A DNA stretch of 60,612 nucleotides, counting the filler. It is 8 parts of 8 records of this genome, joined end to end, with 100 filler letters (N's around TTAATTAATTAA, not from the genome) between each part and the next. Parts side by side here need not be neighbours in the genome. Positions count along the whole stretch, not along the records: positions 18,085 to 25,058 come from DRR723986_12726; positions 25,159 to 33,238 come from DRR723986_12762; 6 more parts are not named here. The stretch is one strand, 5' to 3'. The position numbers were made by a program, and so were the translations under genes. Shown piece by piece: positions 20,433 through 29,715 of this stretch. The notes under the pieces are model-generated. The model was not told the DNA's origin. It did no database searches and worked only from the letters and a program-made list of their open reading frames with translations. Position 1 is the first letter of the stretch. Each line of letters opens with the position of its first letter.

Positions 20433-21461
20433 TCAGGGCCGCCCGCGGCGCTCCTGCCATTTGCGGCAGAAGCCGAGGTAGGCCATCTCGGGGTTGCGCG
20501 GCACGTCGCTGGCCCAGGCCCGCCATTCCGCCTCGATCATGCGCACGTCCCAGCCCGGGGCCGCCGCGCGGGCCATCTCGTAGACGTCCGGGTCCAGCGG
20601 CGGGATCGTCACCGTCTCGGAGCTGTCCGCCCCCACCGTCCCGCGCGACCGCACCCAGAGCTGGTCGCGCGTGTCGTCGAGGCGGATCTCGTAGTCCGGC
20701 ATGTGGCCGTGTTCCTCGTCCTCCTTGGCGATCGCCGCCACCAGCCGCCGGAACTCGCGCAGGGTCGAGCCGGAGCCGCATTTCTTCAGCAGCACCTCCA
20801 TCGAGATCCGCCATTCGCGCTGCCGCCCGCAGTGCTTGCGGGCCAGTTCGTAGATCCGCCGCTCCAGCGGCTTGCGCAGGCGGAAGTACTCGCGCGAGAG
20901 GGTCAGCACCTCCTGCGCGCGGATCGCATTGAAGACCCAGTCCGACAGCTTGACCTCGACCTCCTGCATGCGGCCGTCGCGGGTCTCGCGGACGATCTTG
21001 GCGCGCTCGATCAGGCCGAAGGTCTCGAAGACCTCCTGCCCGCCGGTGGTGATGTTGGTCGAGATGCGCGTGCCGGCCAGCCGTTCCATCGCGGCCTTGA
21101 GCAGGTTGTAGCCGCGCCCGGTGGTCATGCGGTTGGTGGCCTTGAGCAGGTCGGCGGCCTGGAAGCGGATGACCTGCTGGGGTTCGCGGCCCTCGTTCAT
21201 GCCCTTGATGAGGCTCGAGATGCAGTAGATCAGGATGTCGCGGTCGTGCACCGTGGCCAGCCCGTCGACCGAGGGCTTGATCTCGACGGTGATGCCGTTG
21301 TGCTCGTAGCGCCGGGGCCGGGTGTCGGGTTTCGTCGAGAGCGAGAAGATCGGATGCTCCATCGAGCCCATGTCGCCCTTGGGCGCGGCGTCGAGGATGT
21401 CGCAGACGAAGAAGTCGCCTTGCGGGTGGCGGTCCGGCAGGAGCGGGGAATCTGCGGCCAT
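20433..21461 (-). CDS. repA: Plasmid replication initiator protein A (RepA/RPA family)
   Basis: LLPDRHPQGDFFVCDI, MEHPIFSLSTKPD, GLATVHDRDILIY, YFRLRKPLERRIYELARKHCG. Confidence 0.93.
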   Translation of the reverse strand: MAADSPLLPDRHPQGDFFVCDILDAAPKGDMGSMEHPIFSLSTKPDTRPRRYEHNGITVEIKPSVDGLATVHDRDILIYCISSLIKGMNEGREPQQVIRFQAADLLKATNRMTTGRGYNLLKAAMERLAGTRISTNITTGGQEVFETFGLIERAKIVRETRDGRMQEVEVKLSDWVFNAIRAQEVLTLSREYFRLRKPLERRIYELARKHCGRQREWRISMEVLLKKCGSGSTLREFRRLVAAIAKEDEEHGHMPDYEIRLDDTRDQLWVRSRGTVGADSSETVTIPPLDPDVYEMARAAAPGWDVRMIEAEWRAWASDVPRNPEMAYLGFCRKWQERRGRP

Positions 21462-21486
21462 CTCTGGATCCTTTCGGCGGTTTCGG

Positions 21487-21583
21487 AACGACACTTCACA
21501 CACCGGGCAGCCTACAACGACACTTCACACACACCAAGGGCAAAACGACACTTCGCACACGGTCGGAACGACATTTCACACAC
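21487..21583. repeat. Iteron set A: 4 x AACGACAYTTCRCACAC
   Basis: Starts at 21487, 21516, 21544, 21567, just upstream of repA. Confidence 0.85.
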
Positions 21584-21678
21584 GCTCGCCGAGGGGATGG
21601 GCGCAGTCGGCGGGCGGTGGGCGCCTGTGGGGACACGCCCGGCGCGGGGCTGCGGAGGAGGTTTTGCGAATCGGAGGG

Positions 21679-21742
21679 GAATCACCACTTTGCACACGGT
21701 GAATCACCACTTTACACACGGGGAATCACCACTTTGCACACG
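21679..21742. repeat. Iteron set B: 3 x GAATCACCACTTTRCACACG at 22-bp period (plasmid origin)
   Basis: Starts at 21679, 21701, 21723; followed by an AT-rich tract with AACAC repeats at about 21799-21826. Confidence 0.85.
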
Positions 21743-21841
21743 GGGGGTGTCTGCAAGTCCTTGCGATGTCGGGGAAAAATGGCCTCCGAAAGGGGCGTAA
21801 CACTGAATCTAACACATATTAACACCAGCGCTGGCGGCGCT

Positions 21842-22906
21842 TCAGCCCCGCCGGACGCCGTGCAGCCCCGGCCCGGGCGGGACCGGGGGCGCCTCTTCGG
21901 ACCTCGTCAGGCGGATCCGCCGCGTCGCGAAGAAGGCGTTCAGGCAGATCGCGAGGTAGGGCAGGGTGGAGCCGAGGTGCCGCACGTAGGAGCCGTTGTC
22001 CGGCTCGAAGAGGTGCAGCACCGTCAGGTGGGCCAGCCCCAGCGCCGCCGCCATGCCGGTCGCCGCCTCCTCCTGCCGGTAGCCCCATGCGAAGAAGCCG
22101 ATGTAGCAGGCCGCGTTGAGCAGCAGGAACAGCTCCTTCGGGCCGGGGGAGATCAGCACGAAGAGGTTCAGCCGGAACAGCGCGTGGGCGTAGTTGACGA
22201 GGAAGTTCCACAGCCCGTCCGGCGGCACCGGGTTCAGGAAGGCGGTGCGCGGACGCTCCCACGCGGGGCGGTTCAGGCGGAAGGTGTTGATGGTGTCGCG
22301 TGAGCCCTGCAGCGTCTCGTAGATCTCGGGCGGGACGAAGATCAGGCTGAACCCCACCAGCACCACCACGTAGAAGACCGCCAGCGCCCCGCCGCGGCGC
22401 AGGATCAGGAAGGCCGCGAAGAAGACCGCGATGAGGTAGTAGTACTGCCGGAAGAGCGAGGCGTAGGCGAGGTAGATCGCCAGCACGGCCGCGGTCTTCC
22501 AGAGCGGTTTCCAGCGGCTCTGCAGCACCCCCCAGACCGCCAGCACGAAGACCACCAGCACGGTGTCCTTCTGGAAGTTGGCGATGGTCAGGATCGAGGG
22601 GGCCAGCGTCAGGAAGCCGATGATCATCGCCGCCTCGCGCCGGGTCGCGCCGCGGAAGCAGGTCAGGATGAAGGCGCTGCCGATCAGCAGGGTGATGATC
22701 TGGTGCAGCCCGCCGGGGATCAGCAGGTAGAGCGCCGCCATGGCCCCGTAGGAGCCGCCGCCGGTCTCTCCGTCCTGCGCGAGGCGCTCGATCAGCTGGC
22801 TGTCGAGGTCGGCGGTGTCGGAGAAGGCGGATTGCCCGCCCAGCACGATGGCGCCGTAGAAGAGCAGGCTGAGGAGGATCCCGAGATGCCGGTACTTGAT
22901 CACCAT
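21842..22906 (-). CDS. Multi-pass membrane protein, Wzy/O-antigen-polymerase-like
   Basis: Many hydrophobic segments, a long soluble loop, downstream of a GT2 gene. Confidence 0.6.
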   Translation of the reverse strand: MVIKYRHLGILLSLLFYGAIVLGGQSAFSDTADLDSQLIERLAQDGETGGGSYGAMAALYLLIPGGLHQIITLLIGSAFILTCFRGATRREAAMIIGFLTLAPSILTIANFQKDTVLVVFVLAVWGVLQSRWKPLWKTAAVLAIYLAYASLFRQYYYLIAVFFAAFLILRRGGALAVFYVVVLVGFSLIFVPPEIYETLQGSRDTINTFRLNRPAWERPRTAFLNPVPPDGLWNFLVNYAHALFRLNLFVLISPGPKELFLLLNAACYIGFFAWGYRQEEAATGMAAALGLAHLTVLHLFEPDNGSYVRHLGSTLPYLAICLNAFFATRRIRLTRSEEAPPVPPGPGLHGVRRG

Positions 22907-22943
22907 GGCCGTTTCCGTCTTGCTGCCGGGTGCCGGCGCGGGG

Positions 22944-23972
22944 TCAGCCCCGTGTCAGGCGCTTGCGCCCCTGGTTCGCCGCATGGGCCAGCCCGTAGAG
23001 CCGGACCAGCGGCAGCCTGCTGCCCGCCCTCAGCGCCGCCAGGAGGGCGCGCCAGTGCGGCGGGGGCGGGAAGTCCGCCGCCGTCAGGGCGCCAAGCTCG
23101 TCGCCCTGCGCCTTGCGGCCGAGGATGTACAGCTTTGCCCGGCGTGTGTACAGGTCCGCGCCGATGCGGTCGCGCTGGTCCGTCAGCGCCGCGTCCAGCC
23201 CGCCCGCGCGCACCCGCTCCAGCAGGGCGGCGCGGCCTTCGGGGTCTTCGCGCAGGGCGTGGGCGAGATGGGCGTATTTGACCTGCAGCACCGATTTCGC
23301 GGGCGAGAAGCTGGCCCCGTCGGCGCGGGCGTAGCGGTGGTACAGCGGTTCCGGCAGGTGGATGGCGTGGTGCCCCCCCGCCAGCAGCCGGTTGAACAGA
23401 TCCCAGTCGGAGCTCCAGGTGAAGGCGGGCTCGTAGGGGCCGCTCCGCTCCAGCGCCGCGCGCCGGAACATCACCGAGCCATGGGTGAAGGGGCAGCTGT
23501 GGTGCAGGTCGCGCGCCTCGATCCGGGTGCCGGCGAAGGTGTTGTCCTCGAAGCGGGCGCCGGTCTCGGGGTCGATCGAGACCGCCCCGGTGGTGCAGAA
23601 GGCGGCGTCCGGATCGGCGTCCAGCGCCGCGACCTGCCGGGCGATGCGGTCCGGCGCGAAGGCGTCGCCCGACCCGACGACGGCCACGTATGCGCTGTCG
23701 CACATCGCGATGGCGTGGTTCATGCCGCCCACGAAGCCGAGGTTCGGATCGTGGCGGAAGACGGTGATCCGGGGGTCGCCCAGTTCGGCCTGAACCGCCT
23801 GCAGCGTTTCCCATGTGGCGTCGGGGGAGCCATCGTCCCAGACCAGCGCCTGCCAGTCGTCGAAGTCCTGCCGCGCCAGCGCCTCGAGGGTCACGCGCAC
23901 GGCGTCGGCGCGCTTGTGGTAGGCGCTGATGAGGGTGACGCGGGGGGCCGGGGCGGCGGGGATCGCGCTCAT
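22944..23972 (-). CDS. Glycosyltransferase family 2
   Basis: WDDGSPDAT, NLGFVGGMN, FTHGSVMFRR, DWDLF; DxD position reads GSGD. Confidence 0.9.
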   Translation of the reverse strand: MSAIPAAPAPRVTLISAYHKRADAVRVTLEALARQDFDDWQALVWDDGSPDATWETLQAVQAELGDPRITVFRHDPNLGFVGGMNHAIAMCDSAYVAVVGSGDAFAPDRIARQVAALDADPDAAFCTTGAVSIDPETGARFEDNTFAGTRIEARDLHHSCPFTHGSVMFRRAALERSGPYEPAFTWSSDWDLFNRLLAGGHHAIHLPEPLYHRYARADGASFSPAKSVLQVKYAHLAHALREDPEGRAALLERVRAGGLDAALTDQRDRIGADLYTRRAKLYILGRKAQGDELGALTAADFPPPPHWRALLAALRAGSRLPLVRLYGLAHAANQGRKRLTRG

Positions 23973-24049
23973 GGTCGGGGTTTCCTGCATAGCGGACTGG
24001 GGAGGGCGCGGGGTCGGGAGGGAGGGGCCGCGGCGGCGGCCCGCCCCGA

Positions 24050-25057
24050 TCAGGTATCGGCGCTCCAGCGGGCGTCGACACCCAGCGCGGCCAGCTTTTC
24101 CGGCAGGCGGTTGTAGCCGCGCAGCGCCATCTCGACGCCATCCACGCGGCTGTAGCCCTCGGAGCACAGCGCCGCCATGATCTGTGCCATGCTGCCGCGC
24201 AGGTCGGTGGAGCGGGCATGCGCGCCGCGCAGCGTCACGGGGCCGCGCACGGTGATGCAGCCCGGCTTCGCCTCCAGCGCGCCGGGGGCGAATTTCGCCA
24301 GCTCGTCGACATAGGCGATGCGCTCGGGGTAGCGGTAGTCGTGGATCACCGAGCGCCCGTTGGCGAAAAGCGCGAGGAAGACGTAGAAGGACTGCATGTC
24401 CGAGATCACGCCGGGGTGGGTGCCGGTGGCCAGTTCGAAGGGCTGAAGCCCGTGCGGCCCGATGCATTCGGGCGACACCATGACGGCGGCGCGGTTCGAC
24501 AGGAAGTCGAGCCCGCTGTCGCGCAGGTGGATCAGCGGCACCTCCATCGTGTCGAAGGGCACGTTGCGGATCATCAGGCGGCCACCGCCGACAGCGGCCA
24601 GCACCATCCATGTCAGGGCCTCGATGCGGTCCGGCATGATCGAGAAACTGGCGCCCCGCAGCACGCCTCCGGCACCGCTGACGCGGATGTGGCTGCTGCC
24701 CTCGATCTCGATCAGCGCACCCATCTCGCGCAGGAAGGCGATCAGGTCCTGCACCTCGGGGGTGATGTAGGCGTTGCGGATCAGCGTTTCGCCTGTGGCG
24801 ACGGTGGCGCAGATCAGGGCGTTCTCGGTGCCGCCCACGGTCGAGATCGGAAAGTCGATCTCGCCGCCGGTCAGCCGGCCGCGCACGTCGATGAACTCGG
24901 GCGTTTCCTCGACGGTGCAGCCGAGCGCGCGCCAGACCATGATGTGCAGGTCATAGCCGCGGCTGCCGATCTTGCAGCCCCCGGGATAGGGCACGCGGGC
25001 ATGGCCCTCGCGCACCAACGTCCCTGCCGCAAGCAGGTAGGTGGTGCGGATCGGCAG
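24050..25057 (-). CDS. MurA-like enolpyruvyl transferase paralog, N-terminus truncated
   Basis: PGGCKIGSRGYDLH (catalytic Cys loop), STVGGTEN, PDRIEA, TDLRG, RGY. Confidence 0.9.
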   Translation of the reverse strand: MPIRTTYLLAAGTLVREGHARVPYPGGCKIGSRGYDLHIMVWRALGCTVEETPEFIDVRGRLTGGEIDFPISTVGGTENALICATVATGETLIRNAYITPEVQDLIAFLREMGALIEIEGSSHIRVSGAGGVLRGASFSIMPDRIEALTWMVLAAVGGGRLMIRNVPFDTMEVPLIHLRDSGLDFLSNRAAVMVSPECIGPHGLQPFELATGTHPGVISDMQSFYVFLALFANGRSVIHDYRYPERIAYVDELAKFAPGALEAKPGCITVRGPVTLRGAHARSTDLRGSMAQIMAALCSEGYSRVDGVEMALRGYNRLPEKLAALGVDARWSADT

Positions 25058-25158
25058 GNNNNNNNNNNNNNNNNNNNNNNNNNNNNNNNNNNNNNNNNNN
25101 NNTTAATTAATTAANNNNNNNNNNNNNNNNNNNNNNNNNNNNNNNNNNNNNNNNNNNN

Positions 25159-25449
25159 GAGGCGCGGCTTGGGGTTGCCGGGCTGCGGGCGGGGGGTGGC
25201 GGCACCCACTTCGATAAAGCCGAAACCGGCCTTCGCCAAAGGTGCCAGCGCCGTTGCGTTCTTGTCGAACCCTGCCGCCAGTCCAACCGGATTGGGCATG
25301 TCCAGACCCGCAACACTCGTGCGCAGCCGGTCAGAGGTGACCACACCCGGCAAAGGCGCAAGCCCCATGTTCAGCGCCTTCAGGGCCATCCCATGCCCGG
25401 CCTCGGGGTCCATCCGGCGCATCAGCGCCATGCCCATCCGTTCCAGCAT
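25159..25449 (-). CDS. pyrD: Quinone-dependent dihydroorotate dehydrogenase, N-terminal part
   Basis: [33 protein letters not shown]. Confidence 0.95.
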
Positions 25450-25450
25450 C

Positions 25451-25789
25451 TCAGACCTCCAGATCAGGAAACACGTGCGCGCCATCCACCAGTGGCAGGG
25501 GCTTTGACCAAAGGACATCCCGCAGGCGAAGCGGCGCGTAGAGATGCGGGAACAGCGCGCCACCGCGCGAGACCTCCCATTTCAGGGCGTCTCCAAGCGC
25601 GTCAGCCTCCAACGCCAGCAAAACCAACCCGTCCGCGCCCGCAAAATGCTTGGCAGCGGTTTCCACGGCTTGTTCGGCGGTCGAGAAATGCACGAAACCA
25701 TCGGCGATATCGACAGGCGCGCCGGGGCTTTGCCCCTTTGCCTGCAAGTCGGCCCATTCCGGGGCCCGGAGGATCTTGAAAATCAGCAT
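25451..25789 (-). CDS. DUF952 family protein
   Basis: [27 protein letters not shown]; usual neighbour of pyrD. Confidence 0.9.
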   Translation of the reverse strand: MLIFKILRAPEWADLQAKGQSPGAPVDIADGFVHFSTAEQAVETAAKHFAGADGLVLLALEADALGDALKWEVSRGGALFPHLYAPLRLRDVLWSKPLPLVDGAHVFPDLEV

Positions 25790-25913
25790 GGGCCGCACTT
25801 GGCCCGAGAGCGACCCGGCGTCAAGTGTCACATGGGGGTCACCGAACCCCTTTACTTGCGCGATGGCCCCCGCCAAGCTGTGGGGATAACAAACCGACAG
25901 GGAGTCTTTTCCG

Positions 25914-27518
25914 ATGTTTGCTCGAATCCTGTGTTCGACGGCAATGCTTGCCGCCCTTGGCACCACGGCATCTGCCGACGTGACCCTTCACATTCTTCAT
26001 ATCAACGACCTTCACAGCCGCATCCAGCCGATCAACCGCTTCGACAGCACCTGTTCGGCGGAAGATGATGCCGCAGGCGAATGCTTTGGCGGCGTGGCTC
26101 GGGTGGCAACCGCCATCAACACCCTACGTGACGAACTGACCGCCGCGGGCGAGAACGTTATCGTTCTGGACGCGGGCGACCAGTTCCAGGGCTCGCTGAT
26201 GTACACGACCTTCAAGGGCGATGTAGAGGCCGAGATGATGGAAGCCATCGGCTTCGACGTCATGGCCGTGGGCAACCACGAGTTCGACGACGGCCCCGGC
26301 AACTTCCGCCGTTTCCTCGATACGGTCAGCTTCCCGGTGATCTCGGGCAATCTTGACCTCAGCCAGTCCGAGGAACTGAATGGCGCGGTGGAAAGCTATG
26401 TCGTGCTCGACGTCAACGGACATCAGGTGGGCGTTGTGTCCGCTCTGGCGACCGATACGGCCGAGACCTCCAGCCCCGGTCCGAACGTGATTTTCCAGGA
26501 CGAGATCGACGCAATCCAGTCCGATGTCGACGAGCTGACCGAAATGGGCGTCGACATGATCATCGCGCTGACCCATGTGGGTCTGCCGCAGGACATGCGC
26601 ATTGCCGAGGCGGTGACCGGGCTTGACCTGATCGTTGGCGGTCATTCGCACACCTATCTGTCGGCCAACGACCCTGACCGTCACGGCCCCTATCCGACCT
26701 GGGTGGATGGCCCCGAGGGCAGCATGGTGCCGATCGTGCAGGCCTATGCCTATTCCAAGTATCTTGGCCATCTGGAAGTCACCTTCGACGATGACGGCAA
26801 CCTGATCTTCGCTGACGGCAACACCATGGTGCTGGACGCATCGGTGACGCCCGATCCTGAAATCGCTGCGCGTGTTGCCGAACTGGCAGCGCCTATCCAG
26901 GAGGCCATGGCCGAGGTCGTTGCGGAATCGACCGAGGTGATCGACGGGTCGCGCGACAATTGCCGCGCACGGGAATGCCAGATGGGCGTTCTGGTCGCGA
27001 CCGCCATGCTGGATCGCACCCGCGATCAGGGCATGGACGTGGCCATTCAGAACGGCGGCGGCCTGCGCGCGTCGATTGACGCCGGTGAGATCACCATGGG
27101 CGAGGTCTTTACCGTTCTGCCCTTCCAGAACACCGTGGCGACCTTCCAGCTGTCCGGTGCCGGCATCATCGCGGCGCTGGAAAACGGTGTCAGCCAGGTC
27201 GAGGACGGCGCGGGCCGCTTCCCGCAGGTTGCGGGCATGCGTTATACGTGGAACCCCGCGGGTGAACCCGGCAGCCGCATCGTGTCGGTCGAGATCGAAA
27301 CCGCCGATGGGTTCGTGCCGATCGACCCCGAGGCGATCTATGGCGTGGTGACCAACAACTACATGCGCTCTGGCGGGGACGGTTATCGCATCTTCTCGTC
27401 CGAGGGCATGAACGCCTATGACTTCGGTCCGGGGCTGGAACAGGTGGTGGCCGACTATCTGGCCGAGAATTCCCCCTACATGCCGCATTTGGAAGATCGG
27501 ATCATGGAAGGCGAATAA
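25914..27518 (+). CDS. Periplasmic bifunctional metallophosphatase/5'-nucleotidase
   Basis: HINDLHS, DAGDQFQG, GNHEFD, GGHSH, NGGGLR, RFPQVAG. Confidence 0.95.
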   Translation: MFARILCSTAMLAALGTTASADVTLHILHINDLHSRIQPINRFDSTCSAEDDAAGECFGGVARVATAINTLRDELTAAGENVIVLDAGDQFQGSLMYTTFKGDVEAEMMEAIGFDVMAVGNHEFDDGPGNFRRFLDTVSFPVISGNLDLSQSEELNGAVESYVVLDVNGHQVGVVSALATDTAETSSPGPNVIFQDEIDAIQSDVDELTEMGVDMIIALTHVGLPQDMRIAEAVTGLDLIVGGHSHTYLSANDPDRHGPYPTWVDGPEGSMVPIVQAYAYSKYLGHLEVTFDDDGNLIFADGNTMVLDASVTPDPEIAARVAELAAPIQEAMAEVVAESTEVIDGSRDNCRARECQMGVLVATAMLDRTRDQGMDVAIQNGGGLRASIDAGEITMGEVFTVLPFQNTVATFQLSGAGIIAALENGVSQVEDGAGRFPQVAGMRYTWNPAGEPGSRIVSVEIETADGFVPIDPEAIYGVVTNNYMRSGGDGYRIFSSEGMNAYDFGPGLEQVVADYLAENSPYMPHLEDRIMEGE

Positions 27519-27541
27519 GCCTCGCTTTTAGGCGATTTACA

Positions 27542-27572
27542 GGGCCGGGCAGGCAATTGCCCGGCCCTTTTT
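27542..27572 (+). terminator. Rho-independent terminator
   Basis: gggccgggca-loop-tgcccggccc followed by a T run. Confidence 0.8.
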
Positions 27573-27679
27573 ACTGCTATGCAGCATGTGCATTCCGGGC
27601 ATCGTGTCTTGGCAATTGTGATTTCCGTTGGCGCTAACATATTGGGGATATCGAAGCCGAAACCCGAAGGGAAACACCG

Positions 27680-27844
27680 ATGGCCTTCTCCCACTCCAAA
27701 CTTGTTCAAGACGTCCGTAAATATGCTGCCTACCGCCGCACCCTGCGCGAACTGGGCACGCTGCCGCTGCAATCGCGGCTGGATCTCGACATCTACGCTG
27801 GCGACATCCGCAAGATCGCCCATACCGCTGTTTACGGCTACTGA
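27680..27844 (+). CDS. DUF1127-like small protein (54 aa), below the ORF-track cutoff
   Basis: MAFSHSKLVQDVRKYAAYRRTLRELGTLPLQSRLDLDIYAGDIRKIAHTAVYGY; RBS-like GAAGGGAA upstream. Confidence 0.8.
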   Translation: MAFSHSKLVQDVRKYAAYRRTLRELGTLPLQSRLDLDIYAGDIRKIAHTAVYGY

Positions 27845-27942
27845 TCTGCTACGCCGGATGATCTGACGGGGGCCGGGCGGATGCTCGGCCTTTTGCGTTC
27901 TGGCGCTTGCGAGCCGTGCAGGCGCGCCCTAACCTTGCTGCC

Positions 27943-28602
27943 ATGTGCGGACGCATGACCATCACCCACAAGGTCGACGCGATGGCGCGGTTTGTTGATG
28001 CCGCGCCCGCCAATGACCTGCCGGACGGGCCGCGCTTCAATGTCTGCCCAACGCAGGCGGTTGGGGTGGTGACCTCGGCTGACGGCTCTCGGCTTTTCCG
28101 GCCGATGCGGTGGGGCTTCCTGCCACGATGGTACAAATCCCCCACGGATGGGCCGCTTCTGATCAACGCGCGCGCGGAAACCATCGCCGAAAAACCCGCT
28201 TTCCGCGATGCCTGCCGGCAGCGGCGCTGTCTGGTGCTGGCGACGGGGTTCTATGAATGGACCAAGGACGCCGATGGCAAGCGTTTGCCGTGGTATATCC
28301 GGCCTGCCGACGGCGATCCGCTGGTTTTGGCGGGCATCTGGCAGGATTGGGCGCAGGGGGATGACCACTTTACCACCTTCGCCATCGTAACCTGCCCGGC
28401 GGGCGAGGGCCTGAGCCACATCCATCACCGTGAACCGGTCAGCCTGGCGCGGGACGAATGGGCCAAGTGGCTGGGCGAGGAGGGCAAGGGGGCGGCGCTG
28501 TTGATGAAGGCTGCCCCTGCGGATCGGTACGAGAGCTTTCGCGTTGATCCGCGGGTGAATTCCAACCGGGCCGAGGGGCCGGAGCTGATCGAGCCGATCT
28601 GA
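27943..28602 (+). CDS. SRAP family abasic-site protection protein (YedK/HMCES-like)
   Basis: MCGR N-terminus, RFNVCPTQ, INARAET, GFYEW, IHHREP. Confidence 0.93.
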   Translation: MCGRMTITHKVDAMARFVDAAPANDLPDGPRFNVCPTQAVGVVTSADGSRLFRPMRWGFLPRWYKSPTDGPLLINARAETIAEKPAFRDACRQRRCLVLATGFYEWTKDADGKRLPWYIRPADGDPLVLAGIWQDWAQGDDHFTTFAIVTCPAGEGLSHIHHREPVSLARDEWAKWLGEEGKGAALLMKAAPADRYESFRVDPRVNSNRAEGPELIEPI

Positions 28603-28664
28603 ACGATCTTGCCGGGAAGGGCGCGGATTGTTACGGCAAAGGCAGCATTCGAAAGACCCCGCCC

Positions 28665-29543
28665 ATGACCCGCAGCACCGCCACCGGCATCGGTTTCATC
28701 GCCATCCTCCTTTGGGCGCTGCTGGCCTATTTCACCGCCGCCAGCGGGCAGGTGCCGCCGTTTCAACTGACCGCGATGAGCTTTGGAATTGGTGGATTTG
28801 CCGGGGCGCTGACATGGATCGTCCGTCCGCAAGGCATTGCCGCGCTGCGTCAGCCCGCCAAGGTCTGGGCGCTGGGGATCGTGGGATTGTTCGGCTACCA
28901 TTTCCTGTATTTTACCGCCTTGCGGAACGCCCCCACCGTGGATGCCAGCCTGATTGCCTATCTCTGGCCGCTGCTGATCGTGCTGCTGTCCGCCCTTGGG
29001 CCGGGCGAACGGCTGGGGCTGCATCATGTGGTGGGGGCGCTGATGGGCTTTGCCGGGGCGGTGTTGATCGTGACGCGGGGGCAGGGGATCGCGCTGAACC
29101 CCGATTACGCCTTTGGCTACGGCATCGCGTTTCTGGCGGCGTTCTTCTGGTCCTCGTATTCCGTCCTGTCGCGCCGTTTCCGGGAGGTGCCAACAGACGT
29201 GGTCACCGGGTTTTGCCTTGTGACGGCGCTGCTGGCGACCGGCGCGCATCTGATGTTGGAGGATACAATCTGGCCGCAGGGCATGGGCCAGTGGCTGGCG
29301 GTTGTCGGCCTTGGGATCGGCCCCGTGGGGCTTGCCTTTTACGTGTGGGATATCGGGGTGAAGCACGGTGACATTCAGGTGCTGGGTGCGGCCAGCTATT
29401 CTGCGCCGCTGCTGTCCACGCTGCTGTTGGTGGCACTTGGCACCAGCCCGTTCACCTGGGTCGTGGGCGTGGCCTGCCTTCTGATCACGGTGGGGGCGGT
29501 GGTGGCCGCGAAAGACATGATCCTGCGGCGTCGGGCCAAATAG
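28665..29543 (+). CDS. EamA/DMT family transporter (YddG-like)
   Basis: About 10 TM helices; YLWPLLIVL, WDIGVKHGD. Confidence 0.9.
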   Translation: MTRSTATGIGFIAILLWALLAYFTAASGQVPPFQLTAMSFGIGGFAGALTWIVRPQGIAALRQPAKVWALGIVGLFGYHFLYFTALRNAPTVDASLIAYLWPLLIVLLSALGPGERLGLHHVVGALMGFAGAVLIVTRGQGIALNPDYAFGYGIAFLAAFFWSSYSVLSRRFREVPTDVVTGFCLVTALLATGAHLMLEDTIWPQGMGQWLAVVGLGIGPVGLAFYVWDIGVKHGDIQVLGAASYSAPLLSTLLLVALGTSPFTWVVGVACLLITVGAVVAAKDMILRRRAK

Positions 29544-29544
29544 A

Positions 29545-29573
29545 AACGGGCCGCCCTCGTTGGGGCGGCCCGG
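29545..29573. terminator. Hairpin between convergent genes
   Basis: cgggccgccc-tcgttg-gggcggcccg. Confidence 0.6.
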
Positions 29574-29715
29574 TCCAGTCCAGGGAGGAATTAGACGGCT
29601 GCTCGATCATTGTTGATTCTTTTCCGTCTCGTAAACAATAGCAATCAATAATGGCCGAAATGGGGCGATTGTTTCCATTTCGGTATCTCAATCGAATTCC
29701 CCTTGTTTCAGCCCA

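Noticed and set aside
21487-21742. Possible mini CRISPR array
   Set aside because: Repeats of 17-20 nt with spacers of only 2-12 nt, no cas genes, adjacent to repA; these are iterons.
24050-25057. Fosfomycin-resistant MurA (Cys-to-Asp type)
   Set aside because: The target Cys is retained (PGGCKIG).
27845-27942. LexA box upstream of the SRAP gene
   Set aside because: No GTTC-N7-GTTC or GAAC-N7-GAAC seen.
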